Of a stretch of 59,448 bases of DNA, positions 37,285 to 46,679 are shown piece by piece. Origin of the DNA: Paracoccaceae bacterium (GTDB lineage Bacteria; Pseudomonadota; Alphaproteobacteria; Rhodobacterales; Rhodobacteraceae); contig JABSSA010000043.1 in NCBI GenBank assembly GCA_013214665.1, positions 1-59,448 on the forward strand, read 5' to 3'. The notes under the pieces were generated by a model. It saw nothing but the letters and a program-made list of their open reading frames with translations, was not told the origin of the DNA and ran no database searches. A program made the translations under genes and the position numbers. Numbering within the stretch: position 1 is the stretch's first letter; every line of letters starts with the position of its first letter.

Positions 37285-38811
37285 ATGCGCGACATCCTGG
37301 AAACCCTTGAATCCCGGCGCGAACAGGCCCGCCTCGGCGGCGGCCAAGCGCGGATCGACAAGCAACACCAAAAGGGCAAATTGACTGCCCGCGAACGGCT
37401 TGAACTGCTGTTGGACGAAGGTTCGTTCGAAGAATACGACATGTATGTCACCCACCGCTGCACCGATTTCGGGATGGAACAGACCAAAATCCCGGGTGAC
37501 GGCGTCGTGACCGGCTGGGGCACGATCAATGGTCGCATGGTCTATGTCTTCAGTCAGGATTTTACAGTCTTCGGCGGATCTTTGTCGGAAACTCAGGCTC
37601 AAAAGATCTGTAAGATCATGGACATGGCGGTGCGCAATGGCGCCCCAGTGATCGGGTTGAACGACAGCGGTGGCGCCCGCATCCAGGAAGGCGTGGCCAG
37701 CCTCGCGGGTTATGCCGATGTGTTCAAGCGCAATGTCAAAGCTTCTGGTGTGATCCCGCAGATCTCTGTGATCATGGGGCCTTGCGCCGGCGGCGCGGTC
37801 TATTCCCCTGCGATGACGGATTTCATCTTCATGGTGGAAGATAGCTCCTACATGTTCGTCACCGGGCCAGACGTGGTCAAAACCGTCACGAACGAAGAAG
37901 TCACCCAAGAAGAACTGGGGGGCGCAAAGACCCATACCAGCAAGTCTTCGGTTGCCGATGGCGCTTTTGAGAATGATGTGGTGGCGTTGGCCAATATTCG
38001 TCGGTTTATGGATTTCTTACCCGCGAATGCCAGAGAAAAGGCGCCCGTTCGCCCATCATTTGATGATCCCGAGCGGATCGAAATGTCGCTCGACACGTTG
38101 GTGCCCGACAATCCGAACATGCCTTATGACATGCGCGAGCTTGTCACCAAGCTGGCTGATGAAGGCGACTTCTTTGAGGTCCAAAAGGACTTCGCAGGTA
38201 ACATTCTAACTGGGTTCATCCGGCTTGAAGGGCGCAGTGTGGGCGTGGTCGCAAACCAGCCAATGGTATTGGCCGGATGCCTTGATATCGACAGCAGCCG
38301 CAAGGCCGGACGCTTTGTTCGGTTTTGTGATGGGTTCAACATCCCTATCCTGACGTTGGTGGATGTGCCTGGGTTCCTGCCCGGCACCGCGCAGGAATTT
38401 GGTGGCATCATCAAACACGGTGCCAAGTTGCTCTTTGCCTATTCCGAGGCGACCGTGCCAATGGTGACGGTGATTACCCGCAAAGCCTATGGCGGGGCCT
38501 ATGACGTGATGGCGTCCAAGCATATCGGGGCGGACATCAACTATGCATGGCCTTCTGCTGAGATCGCCGTGATGGGCGCGAAGGGTGCAACAGAGATCAT
38601 CCACCGTGGCAAATCGGCAGAAGAGATCGCCGAGCGCACCAAGGAATACGAAGACCGCTTTGCCAACCCCTTTGTTGCTGCTGAGCGTGGGTTTGTAGAC
38701 GAGGTGATCATGCCGCATTCCACCCGCAAAAGGGTCTGCCGCGCCTTCGCCGCGCTTGGCGACAAAATCGTCGAACAGCCTTTCCGCAAGCACGACAACA
38801 TCCCGCTGTAA
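37285..38811 (+). CDS. pccB: Propionyl-CoA carboxylase beta (carboxyltransferase) subunit
   Basis: [50 protein letters not shown]; AGGAG RBS 8 nt upstream. Confidence 0.93.
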   Translation: MRDILETLESRREQARLGGGQARIDKQHQKGKLTARERLELLLDEGSFEEYDMYVTHRCTDFGMEQTKIPGDGVVTGWGTINGRMVYVFSQDFTVFGGSLSETQAQKICKIMDMAVRNGAPVIGLNDSGGARIQEGVASLAGYADVFKRNVKASGVIPQISVIMGPCAGGAVYSPAMTDFIFMVEDSSYMFVTGPDVVKTVTNEEVTQEELGGAKTHTSKSSVADGAFENDVVALANIRRFMDFLPANAREKAPVRPSFDDPERIEMSLDTLVPDNPNMPYDMRELVTKLADEGDFFEVQKDFAGNILTGFIRLEGRSVGVVANQPMVLAGCLDIDSSRKAGRFVRFCDGFNIPILTLVDVPGFLPGTAQEFGGIIKHGAKLLFAYSEATVPMVTVITRKAYGGAYDVMASKHIGADINYAWPSAEIAVMGAKGATEIIHRGKSAEEIAERTKEYEDRFANPFVAAERGFVDEVIMPHSTRKRVCRAFAALGDKIVEQPFRKHDNIPL

Positions 38812-38822
38812 GGAGACCCGAA

Positions 38823-40820
38823 ATGTTCAAAAAGATCCTTATTGCGAACCGGGGCGAGATCGCCTGCCGTGTAATCAAATCTGCCCGTGCTATGGGCATC
38901 AAAACCGTGGCCATTTATTCGGATGCAGACCGGGATGCAGTCCACGTCAAAATGGCGGATGAGGCGGTACATATTGGCCCGCCGCCCGCCAACCAATCTT
39001 ACATCGTCATCGACAAAGTGATGCAGGCGATCCGGGACACCGGTGCAGAGGCCGTGCATCCCGGCTATGGATTCTTGTCTGAGAACCCTAAATTCGCCGA
39101 AGCGCTTGAGGCAGAGGGCGTGGCTTTTATCGGGCCACCTAAAGGCGCCATCGAAAAGATGGGTGACAAGATCACCTCGAAAAAGATCGCCCAAGACGCC
39201 GGTGTCAGCACCGTCCCCGGGTATATGGGCCTGATTGAAGATGCTGATGAGGCGGTGAAAATCTCAAACGACATCGGCTATCCGGTGATGATCAAAGCCT
39301 CTGCTGGCGGCGGTGGTAAAGGCATGCGCATCGCTTGGAACGACCAAGAGGCACGTGACGGGTTCCAGTCGTCCAAGAATGAAGCAGCGAATTCCTTTGG
39401 CGACGACCGTATTTTTATTGAGAAATTCGTCACTCAGCCGCGCCATATCGAAATTCAGGTGCTGGGCGATAAACACGGCAATTGCGTGTATCTGAATGAA
39501 CGCGAATGTTCGATCCAGCGACGCAACCAGAAAGTCATCGAAGAGGCGCCCTCGCCTTTCTTGGATGAGGCGACGCGCAAGGCGATGGGTGAGCAATCTG
39601 TCGCGTTGGCCAAAGCGGTTGATTACTGTTCCGCGGGCACGGTGGAATTCATCGTAGATGGGGACAGGAACTTCTATTTCCTGGAAATGAACACCCGCCT
39701 ACAGGTCGAACACCCGGTGACTGAGTTGATCACCGGTGTGGATTTGGTCGAACAGATGATCCGCGTGGCTGATGATCAGCATTTGTCCATCACGCAGGAT
39801 GACATCGGCATCAACGGCTGGTCCATCGAAAGCCGTCTTTACGCCGAAGACCCCTACCGCAATTTCCTGCCTTCCATCGGACGGCTGACGCGATATCGCC
39901 CACCTGCCGAAGGCGAGGCCGATGGTTTTATCGTGCGCAACGATACCGGCGTCGAAGAAGGCGGTGAGATCAGCATGTATTACGATCCGATGATCGCCAA
40001 ACTGTGCACCTGGGCGCCAAGCCGGGGCGAGGCGATTGACGGTATGCGCGCAGCACTTGACGGTTTTGAGCTTGAGGGGATTGGCCACAACCTTCCTTTC
40101 CTCAGCGCGGTCATGGATCATCCCCGTTTTATCTCGGGCGAGATCACCACCGCATTTATTGAAGAGGAATACCCCGACGGTTTCGAAGGCGCGGTGCTGT
40201 CTGAGGCAATCCTCGAACGGCTGGCTGCTGCAGCGACCGCGATGTGGTGCGTGTCTGAAACTCGGGATGCGCAGATCTCTGGGCGGCTGAATGATCAAAA
40301 ACGCAAAGTGGGTCGCGATTGGGTTGTCGATCTTGGCGGTGCACAGTTTGCAAGCACGATTTCAGCAGATGCCGACGGAGCCAATGTATGGGTCGGAGAT
40401 GCCTCTTACAAAGTGGCATCCGATTGGACGCCGGAGGACCCGATCGCGGATCTAAAGATCAACGGCGAGACCGTACTTGTGAAAACCGCATTGACCCAGG
40501 ATGGGTTCCGCCTGCGCCATCGTGGTGCGGATTTGGTGGTCACTGTGCGCAGCCCCCGTGCTGCTGAATTGGCCCGCCATATGATCGAAAAAGTGCCGCC
40601 TGACACATCAAAAATGCTGCTTTGCCCGATGCCGGGCATGGTCGTGAAAATCCATGTTGAAGAAGGCGATCAGATCGAAGCTGGGCAAGCCGTGGCAACC
40701 ATCGAAGCAATGAAGATGGAAAACACCTTGCGCGCCGAAAAAGCCGCAAGGGTTGCCAAGATCAACGCCGAAGCGGGCGATAGCCTGCCAGTGGATCATG
40801 TGATCGTTGAGTTTGAGTGA
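38823..40820 (+). CDS. pccA: Propionyl-CoA carboxylase alpha subunit (biotin carboxylase plus BCCP)
   Basis: [18 protein letters not shown]..., an ATP-grasp core, and the C-terminal biotinylation motif EAMKMEN. Confidence 0.93.
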   Translation: MFKKILIANRGEIACRVIKSARAMGIKTVAIYSDADRDAVHVKMADEAVHIGPPPANQSYIVIDKVMQAIRDTGAEAVHPGYGFLSENPKFAEALEAEGVAFIGPPKGAIEKMGDKITSKKIAQDAGVSTVPGYMGLIEDADEAVKISNDIGYPVMIKASAGGGGKGMRIAWNDQEARDGFQSSKNEAANSFGDDRIFIEKFVTQPRHIEIQVLGDKHGNCVYLNERECSIQRRNQKVIEEAPSPFLDEATRKAMGEQSVALAKAVDYCSAGTVEFIVDGDRNFYFLEMNTRLQVEHPVTELITGVDLVEQMIRVADDQHLSITQDDIGINGWSIESRLYAEDPYRNFLPSIGRLTRYRPPAEGEADGFIVRNDTGVEEGGEISMYYDPMIAKLCTWAPSRGEAIDGMRAALDGFELEGIGHNLPFLSAVMDHPRFISGEITTAFIEEEYPDGFEGAVLSEAILERLAAAATAMWCVSETRDAQISGRLNDQKRKVGRDWVVDLGGAQFASTISADADGANVWVGDASYKVASDWTPEDPIADLKINGETVLVKTALTQDGFRLRHRGADLVVTVRSPRAAELARHMIEKVPPDTSKMLLCPMPGMVVKIHVEEGDQIEAGQAVATIEAMKMENTLRAEKAARVAKINAEAGDSLPVDHVIVEFE

Positions 40821-40827
40821 GGTTGAT

Positions 40828-42966
40828 ATGACCAAGGATATCGAAGACTGGAAAAACCTCGCTGAAAAAGAACTGCGTGGTCGCCCGCTGGACGATCTTA
40901 GCGTCGAACGTCCAGAAGGGATCACGGTCAAACCGCTTTACACGGCGGCGGATCTCGAAGGTATCGACCATCTGAACAGCCTGCCCGGGCATGCCCCTTA
41001 CGTGCGCGGCCCCAAGGCCACGATGTACGCTGGTCGCCCTTGGACGATCCGGCAATATGCCGGGTTTTCGACGGCAGAGGAATCCAACGCATTTTATCGG
41101 CGTAACCTTGCGGCGGGCCAAAAGGGTCTGTCGGTCGCGTTCGATCTGGCCACACACAGGGGGTATGATTCCGATCATCCGCGTGTGATCGGCGACGTCG
41201 GCAAAGCAGGTGTAGCCATCGACAGCGTTGAGGATATGAAGATCCTCTTTGACGGTATCCCGCTTGATGAAATGTCGGTGTCGATGACGATGAACGGCGC
41301 CGTAATCCCGATCTTGGCGAATTACATTGTCGCGGGAGAGGAACAGGGCGTGTCGCCCGAACAGCTGTCTGGAACCATTCAGAACGACATTCTGAAAGAG
41401 TTCATGGTCCGCAACACTTACATTTATCCGCCTGAACCAAGCATGCGGATTATTGCGGATATCATCGGCTATGCCTCTGCGAACATGCCAAAGTTCAACA
41501 CGATCTCGATCTCGGGCTATCACATGCAAGAGGCCGGTGCGACCTTGGCGCAAGAGCTGGGATATACGTTGGCGGATGGCATGGAATACGTTCGCGCCGC
41601 CATGCGCGCCGGGTTGGATATCGACACTTTCGCGCCGCGCCTGTCTTTCTTTTTCGCTATCGGCATGGACTTTTTCATGGAGGCCGCAAAGCTGCGTGCA
41701 GCGCGGCTTTTGTGGTCCGAGATCATGACCAAGCTTGGTGCAAAATCTGAACGTTCAAAGATGCTGCGCACCCATTGCCAGACTTCTGGCGTGTCTTTGC
41801 AAGAACAAGACCCGTATAATAATGTGATCCGAACCACCTGCGAGGCCCTGTCCGCTGCGCTTGGGGGCACGCAGTCGTTGCACACCAACGCATTGGACGA
41901 AGCCATTGCGTTGCCCACTGATTTTTCGGCTCGGATCGCGCGAAATACTCAGCTGGTTCTGCAGGAAGAGACGGGCATAACTGACGTGATCGACCCGCTG
42001 GCCGGGTCTTACTACGTTGAACGGCTGACCGCAGATCTGGCCGCGAAAGCCCGCGAACTCATCGACGAAGTCGAAGAGATGGGGGGCATGACCAAGGCCG
42101 TTGAAAGCGGCGCGCCCAAATTGCGCATCGAAGAGGCCGCGGCGCGCAAACAGGCCCGCATCGACAGAGGCGAAGAGGTTATTGTTGGTGTCAACAAATA
42201 CCAACCCTCTGAAGACACGATCGTGGATGTGCTGGATGTCGACAATAAAGCCGTCCGCGAGGCTCAGATCGCAAGACTTAATAAGATGCGAGCCGAGCGG
42301 GATGAAGCGGCTTGGGCCAAGGCCATCGACACCCTAAAAGCCGTTGCTGCGACCGGAGAAGGTAATCTGTTGGCCGCTGCCGTCGATGCCGCCCGCGCGC
42401 GGGCCAGCGTTGGCGAAATCTCTGACGCGATGGAGGCCAGCTTTGGTCGTCACCGGGCGGAAGTTAAGACCCTCGCTGGCGTTTACGGTGCGGCCTATGA
42501 AGGTGACGCTGATTTTGAAGCCATCCAGAATGACATAGAGGCCTTTGCACAAAACGAAGGCCGTAGACCGCGTATGTTGGTGGTGAAGATGGGCCAAGAC
42601 GGGCACGATCGTGGTGCCAAGGTCATCGCCACGGCCTTCGCTGATATCGGGTTTGACGTGGATGTTGGCCCGCTGTTCCAAACGCCCGAAGAGGCCGCGC
42701 AAGACGCCATCGACAATGACGTTCATGTTGTTGGCATTTCTTCGCAAGCCGCAGGGCACAAGACCCTGGCACCAGCTTTGATCAAGCAGCTGAAAGCGCA
42801 AGGCGCTGGCGACATCTTGGTGGTGTGTGGCGGGGTGATCCCACAGCAGGACTATGACTTTCTGCGCGCCGCTGGCGTCGCAGCCATTTTTGGCCCCGGC
42901 ACAAACATTCCAAGTGCTGCGCGCCAGGTCATTGGGCTGATCGAAGAAAAAAGACCAGCGGCCTGA
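40828..42966 (+). CDS. mcm: Methylmalonyl-CoA mutase (single-chain, B12-dependent)
   Basis: [38 protein letters not shown]..., and the C-terminal B12 domain [13 protein letters not shown] (DxHxxG). Confidence 0.93.
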   Translation: MTKDIEDWKNLAEKELRGRPLDDLSVERPEGITVKPLYTAADLEGIDHLNSLPGHAPYVRGPKATMYAGRPWTIRQYAGFSTAEESNAFYRRNLAAGQKGLSVAFDLATHRGYDSDHPRVIGDVGKAGVAIDSVEDMKILFDGIPLDEMSVSMTMNGAVIPILANYIVAGEEQGVSPEQLSGTIQNDILKEFMVRNTYIYPPEPSMRIIADIIGYASANMPKFNTISISGYHMQEAGATLAQELGYTLADGMEYVRAAMRAGLDIDTFAPRLSFFFAIGMDFFMEAAKLRAARLLWSEIMTKLGAKSERSKMLRTHCQTSGVSLQEQDPYNNVIRTTCEALSAALGGTQSLHTNALDEAIALPTDFSARIARNTQLVLQEETGITDVIDPLAGSYYVERLTADLAAKARELIDEVEEMGGMTKAVESGAPKLRIEEAAARKQARIDRGEEVIVGVNKYQPSEDTIVDVLDVDNKAVREAQIARLNKMRAERDEAAWAKAIDTLKAVAATGEGNLLAAAVDAARARASVGEISDAMEASFGRHRAEVKTLAGVYGAAYEGDADFEAIQNDIEAFAQNEGRRPRMLVVKMGQDGHDRGAKVIATAFADIGFDVDVGPLFQTPEEAAQDAIDNDVHVVGISSQAAGHKTLAPALIKQLKAQGAGDILVVCGGVIPQQDYDFLRAAGVAAIFGPGTNIPSAARQVIGLIEEKRPAA

Positions 42967-43058
42967 GCAAGGCGGCGGGCTGAGGCACTTCTGAAAACGC
43001 GCCGAGACCGCGAATGCGAAAAGATCTGATTTTGGACCAACTGAATAAGTGATGAAGT

Positions 43059-43787
43059 ATGCAAGACTATAGAAATGTGCCGATTTTTATCCTTTTGGGC
43101 CCACCGGGCGCTGGCAAAGGAACCCAAGCGAAAATCCTGCAAGAGCGTTTTGGCCTTGTGCAGCTTTCAACCGGAGACCTGCTTCGACAGGCTGTCGCCC
43201 AAGGCACCCAAGCAGGCAAAGCCGCCAAGGCGGTAATGGAAGCCGGCGGCCTTGTGAGCGATGAGATCGTGCTGAACATCCTGCAAGAACGCCTACGCCA
43301 ACCGGACTGTGCCACGGGTGTCATTCTGGATGGTTTTCCGAGGACGATCCCGCAAGCCGAAGCGCTTGCCGAGCTTTTGAGCGCGCACAAGACGCGCGTA
43401 CATGCAGCCATCAGCCTTGAGGTTGAAGACGCGGCAATGATCACGCGCATCTCTGGCCGATACACATGCGGTGGGTGCGGCGAAGGCTATCACGACACAT
43501 TCAAGCAGCCCGCTGTCGGCGGTATCTGTGACAAATGCGGTGGCCAGAGCTTCAAAAGGCGGGCTGATGACAACGCGGAAACGGTACGCAGCCGGTTGGT
43601 TGCTTATCACCGCGAAACAGAGCCTTTGGTTGAATTTTACAAAAACGCAGGTGCGCTTCGGACAGTCGATGCGATGGACGAAATTGCGAAGATTACGACA
43701 TCCCTGTGCGACATTATCGAGCGCATCGTGGCCAACATTCGCAACACAAGTTGTGAGACCTCACATAAGACACTGGAGGAAGTTTAA
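43059..43787 (+). CDS. adk: Adenylate kinase (Cys4 zinc-lid type, with a ~20-aa C-terminal extension)
   Basis: ILLGPPGAGKGTQA...; lid CGGCGEGYH...CDKCGG. The stop overlaps the next gene's ATG (TAATG). Confidence 0.88.
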   Translation: MQDYRNVPIFILLGPPGAGKGTQAKILQERFGLVQLSTGDLLRQAVAQGTQAGKAAKAVMEAGGLVSDEIVLNILQERLRQPDCATGVILDGFPRTIPQAEALAELLSAHKTRVHAAISLEVEDAAMITRISGRYTCGGCGEGYHDTFKQPAVGGICDKCGGQSFKRRADDNAETVRSRLVAYHRETEPLVEFYKNAGALRTVDAMDEIAKITTSLCDIIERIVANIRNTSCETSHKTLEEV

Positions 43788-44047
43788 TGAACGACAGCAA
43801 TGAAGAAAACGCATATTGGTCCGCCAATTTGCGCTTTATCAAGATCAGCCTCGCCATATGGGCGGTGGTCTCTTTTGGGTTTGGGATACTTTTGCGCCCC
43901 GCGCTGTCGGGCATTTCATTTGGTGGTACTGACCTTGGTTTTTGGTTCGCTCAACAAGGTTCGATCCTGGTCTTTCTGGCGCTGATCTTTTTCTACGCCT
44001 GGCGGATGAACAAGCTCGACCATGAGCATGGCGTGGACGAGGAATAA
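43787..44047 (+). CDS. DUF4212 small membrane subunit of a solute:sodium symporter
   Basis: 86 aa with two TM segments. YWSANLRFIKISLAIWAVVSFGFGILL...GFWFAQQGSILVF. Lies immediately upstream of the SSS permease. Confidence 0.85.
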   Translation: MNDSNEENAYWSANLRFIKISLAIWAVVSFGFGILLRPALSGISFGGTDLGFWFAQQGSILVFLALIFFYAWRMNKLDHEHGVDEE

Positions 44048-44051
44048 CATC

Positions 44052-45839
44052 ATGGATCAGTTTACTCTTAACCTGCTGTTCGTGGGGGCATCCTTTGCGC
44101 TGTACATCGGTATCGCAGTCTGGGCGCGGGCCGGGTCTACTTCGGAATTCTATGCCGCCGGTCGCGGCGTGCATCCTGTTACGAAAGGCATGGCAACGGC
44201 GGCTGACTGGATGTCTGCGGCCTCTTTCATCTCGATGGCGGGCCTGATCGCCTTTACCGGTTATGATAATTCATCCTTTCTGATGGGATGGACGGGGGGC
44301 TACGTGCTTTTGGCCCTGCTTCTCGCCCCTTATCTGCGCAAATTCGGAAAGTTCACAGTTTCCGAGTTTATCGGTGATCGCTTTTACAGCCCAACGGCGC
44401 GGTTGGTCGCTGTGATCTGCCTTTTGGTGGCGTCGATCACGTACGTGATTGGCCAGATGCAAGGCGTCGGCATCGCCTTTGGCCGCTTTCTTGAGATTGA
44501 TGCTTTCTGGGGTCTGCTATTGGGCTCGTGCGTGGTGTTCGCCTACGCCGTTTTTGGCGGGATGAAAGGTGTGACTTACACGCAGGTTGCGCAATATTGC
44601 GTGTTGATCACTGCCTATACGATCCCGGCGGTCTTTATCTCGCTGCAACTGACAGGCAATCCAATCCCGGCTTTGGGCCTTTTTGGCGAACACACTACTT
44701 CGGGCGAGCCTCTTTTGGCAAAGCTTGACGCCATCGTGACCGATCTTGGCTTCAAAGAATATACAGCCGCCCATGGCTCGACCATCAATATGGTGCTTTT
44801 CACCTTGTCGCTGATGATCGGTACAGCTGGCTTGCCGCACGTCATCATGCGGTTCTTTACCGTGCCCAAAGTGTCGGACGCCCGTTGGTCGGCGGGTTGG
44901 ACATTGGTGTTCATCGCTCTGCTTTACCTGACAGCCCCAGCCGTCGGCGCGATGGCGCGCCTTAATATTTCAGACCTGATGTGGCCTAATGGCACAGATG
45001 GCGAAGCTGTCTCTGTCGAACAGATCGAATCCGCGCCTGAGTACGCGTGGATGGCAACCTGGCAAAAGACCGGTCTTCTGGATTGGGAAGACAAGAACGG
45101 TGACGGTAAGATCCAGTATTACAACGATGCAAATGCCGATCTGCAGGCAAAGGCCGAAGCCAATGGCTGGCAGGGCAATGAGTTGACCAAATTCAACCGT
45201 GACATCCTTGTGCTGGCCAACCCCGAGATTGCATCTCTTCCCGGATGGGTCATCGGTCTGGTCGCCGCTGGTGGTCTGGCCGCGGCTCTTTCGACGGCGG
45301 CGGGTTTGCTTTTGGCCATTTCATCGGCTGTGTCGCATGATTTGCTGAAAGGTCAATTGACCCCGAACATGTCAGAGAAATCCGAACTTCTGGCTGCGCG
45401 TATCTCAATGGCGGCTGCCATTGTGGTCGCTGTCATCCTCGGTTTGAACCCGCCCGGCTTTGCGGCGCAAACCGTGGCGTTGGCCTTTGGTTTGGCCGCT
45501 GCTTCGATCTTCCCGGCTTTGATGATGGGCATCTTTTCGACGCGTATCAACAACGCAGGCGCAGTCGCGGGGATGCTTGCGGGTCTGGTCGTAACGCTCT
45601 TGTACATCTTCCTGCACAAGGGCTGGTTCTTTATCCCTGACACCAACACGTTCACGGATTCCGACCCCTTGTTGGGCCCGATCAAGTCAACGTCCTTTGG
45701 CGCCATCGGTGCTCTGGTCAACTTCATCGTTGCCTACATCGTGTCCGGTATGACCAAAGAAACCCCACAGCACATCAAGGATCTGGTTGCCAGCGTTCGG
45801 GTGCCACGCGGTGCGGGTGGCGCGGTCGAAGGCCACTAA
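44052..45839 (+). CDS. Sodium:solute symporter family permease (ActP/VC_2705-like monocarboxylate type)
   Basis: FYAAGRGVHPVTKGMATAADWMSAASFISMAG...; about 595 aa and multi-TM. Confidence 0.88.
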   Translation: MDQFTLNLLFVGASFALYIGIAVWARAGSTSEFYAAGRGVHPVTKGMATAADWMSAASFISMAGLIAFTGYDNSSFLMGWTGGYVLLALLLAPYLRKFGKFTVSEFIGDRFYSPTARLVAVICLLVASITYVIGQMQGVGIAFGRFLEIDAFWGLLLGSCVVFAYAVFGGMKGVTYTQVAQYCVLITAYTIPAVFISLQLTGNPIPALGLFGEHTTSGEPLLAKLDAIVTDLGFKEYTAAHGSTINMVLFTLSLMIGTAGLPHVIMRFFTVPKVSDARWSAGWTLVFIALLYLTAPAVGAMARLNISDLMWPNGTDGEAVSVEQIESAPEYAWMATWQKTGLLDWEDKNGDGKIQYYNDANADLQAKAEANGWQGNELTKFNRDILVLANPEIASLPGWVIGLVAAGGLAAALSTAAGLLLAISSAVSHDLLKGQLTPNMSEKSELLAARISMAAAIVVAVILGLNPPGFAAQTVALAFGLAAASIFPALMMGIFSTRINNAGAVAGMLAGLVVTLLYIFLHKGWFFIPDTNTFTDSDPLLGPIKSTSFGAIGALVNFIVAYIVSGMTKETPQHIKDLVASVRVPRGAGGAVEGH

Positions 45840-45934
45840 TCTTTGCAAGTGCCGTAGTTTTTTTGCTGCGGCACATTGCCGTTCAATACTGTCCTGCCCT
45901 CAGAAATTTGGGCAGGACACGATAGGACCAACAC

Positions 45935-46453
45935 ATGTTCATTGAGCTCATTGCCACAGTTTTTGCCGGGATCGCCTGTGCTGGTGTTGTGCTGATGGCA
46001 AATATCCTGGCGGGCCGGCGCTTGCCAAAATGGGTCATGCCGGTCGCGGCGGGTCTTGGTATGATCGGGGTGACGATCTTGAATGAATACACCTGGTTTG
46101 ACCGTACAGCCAATGGGCTACCCGAAGGTGTGACGGTTGCGATGAGTGTTACAGAACAATCCTGGGTCCGCCCCTGGACGCAAGTTTGGCCCTACACAAA
46201 GCGCTTTGTCGCTGCGGATATTGTATCGACCAAGACACACAAAAGCCTGCCCGCGCAACGCATCGTCGACCTCTATTTCTTTGGCCGCTGGTCTCCGGTG
46301 AACCGGGCTCCGATGTTATTTGACTGCGATGCGTCGCGCTCCGCTCTTTTGATCGACGGCGCGGTGTTCAATGAAGAAGGGCAGATCGTGAATGCCGATT
46401 GGCAATCGATGGCAAAAGACGATCCAATTCTTGCCCTTGTTTGTAAGGCCTAG
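45935..46453 (+). CDS. Hypothetical membrane-anchored protein (2 N-terminal TM helices plus a soluble domain)
   Basis: 172-aa ORF in an otherwise empty gap. No family recognised. Preceded by a perfect 9-bp-stem hairpin at 45891-45918. Confidence 0.5.
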   Translation: MFIELIATVFAGIACAGVVLMANILAGRRLPKWVMPVAAGLGMIGVTILNEYTWFDRTANGLPEGVTVAMSVTEQSWVRPWTQVWPYTKRFVAADIVSTKTHKSLPAQRIVDLYFFGRWSPVNRAPMLFDCDASRSALLIDGAVFNEEGQIVNADWQSMAKDDPILALVCKA

Positions 46454-46502
46454 CTCAGGGCTACCACGCGGCGCGACATTCGCTCCAAACCGTCTTATGA
46501 GA

Positions 46503-46676
46503 TCACTCTTTTCCAGTTGCTCGTGTGGTGCGAGGCGTGTCGGCTTCCAGAAGTATTCTGGACGCTTCTCCCAGCGGATCTTCGTATTGGCGCGTTCTAA
46601 TCGTCCATAGAAACCCAATCAGCCCGGACAGACCCAAAATCAAAGACACCGGGATTAAAACCACCAACACGTTCAT
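46503..46676 (-). CDS. ccoS: cbb3 oxidase maturation protein CcoS/FixS
   Basis: Below the ORF-track size cutoff. My translation is MNVLVVLIPVSLILGLSGLIGFLWTIRTRQYEDPLGEASRILLEADTPRTTRATGKE (57 aa). It starts 4 nt after the ccoI stop and completes ccoGHIS. Confidence 0.8.
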   Translation of the reverse strand: MNVLVVLIPVSLILGLSGLIGFLWTIRTRQYEDPLGEASRILLEADTPRTTRATGKE

Positions 46677-46679
46677 CTG

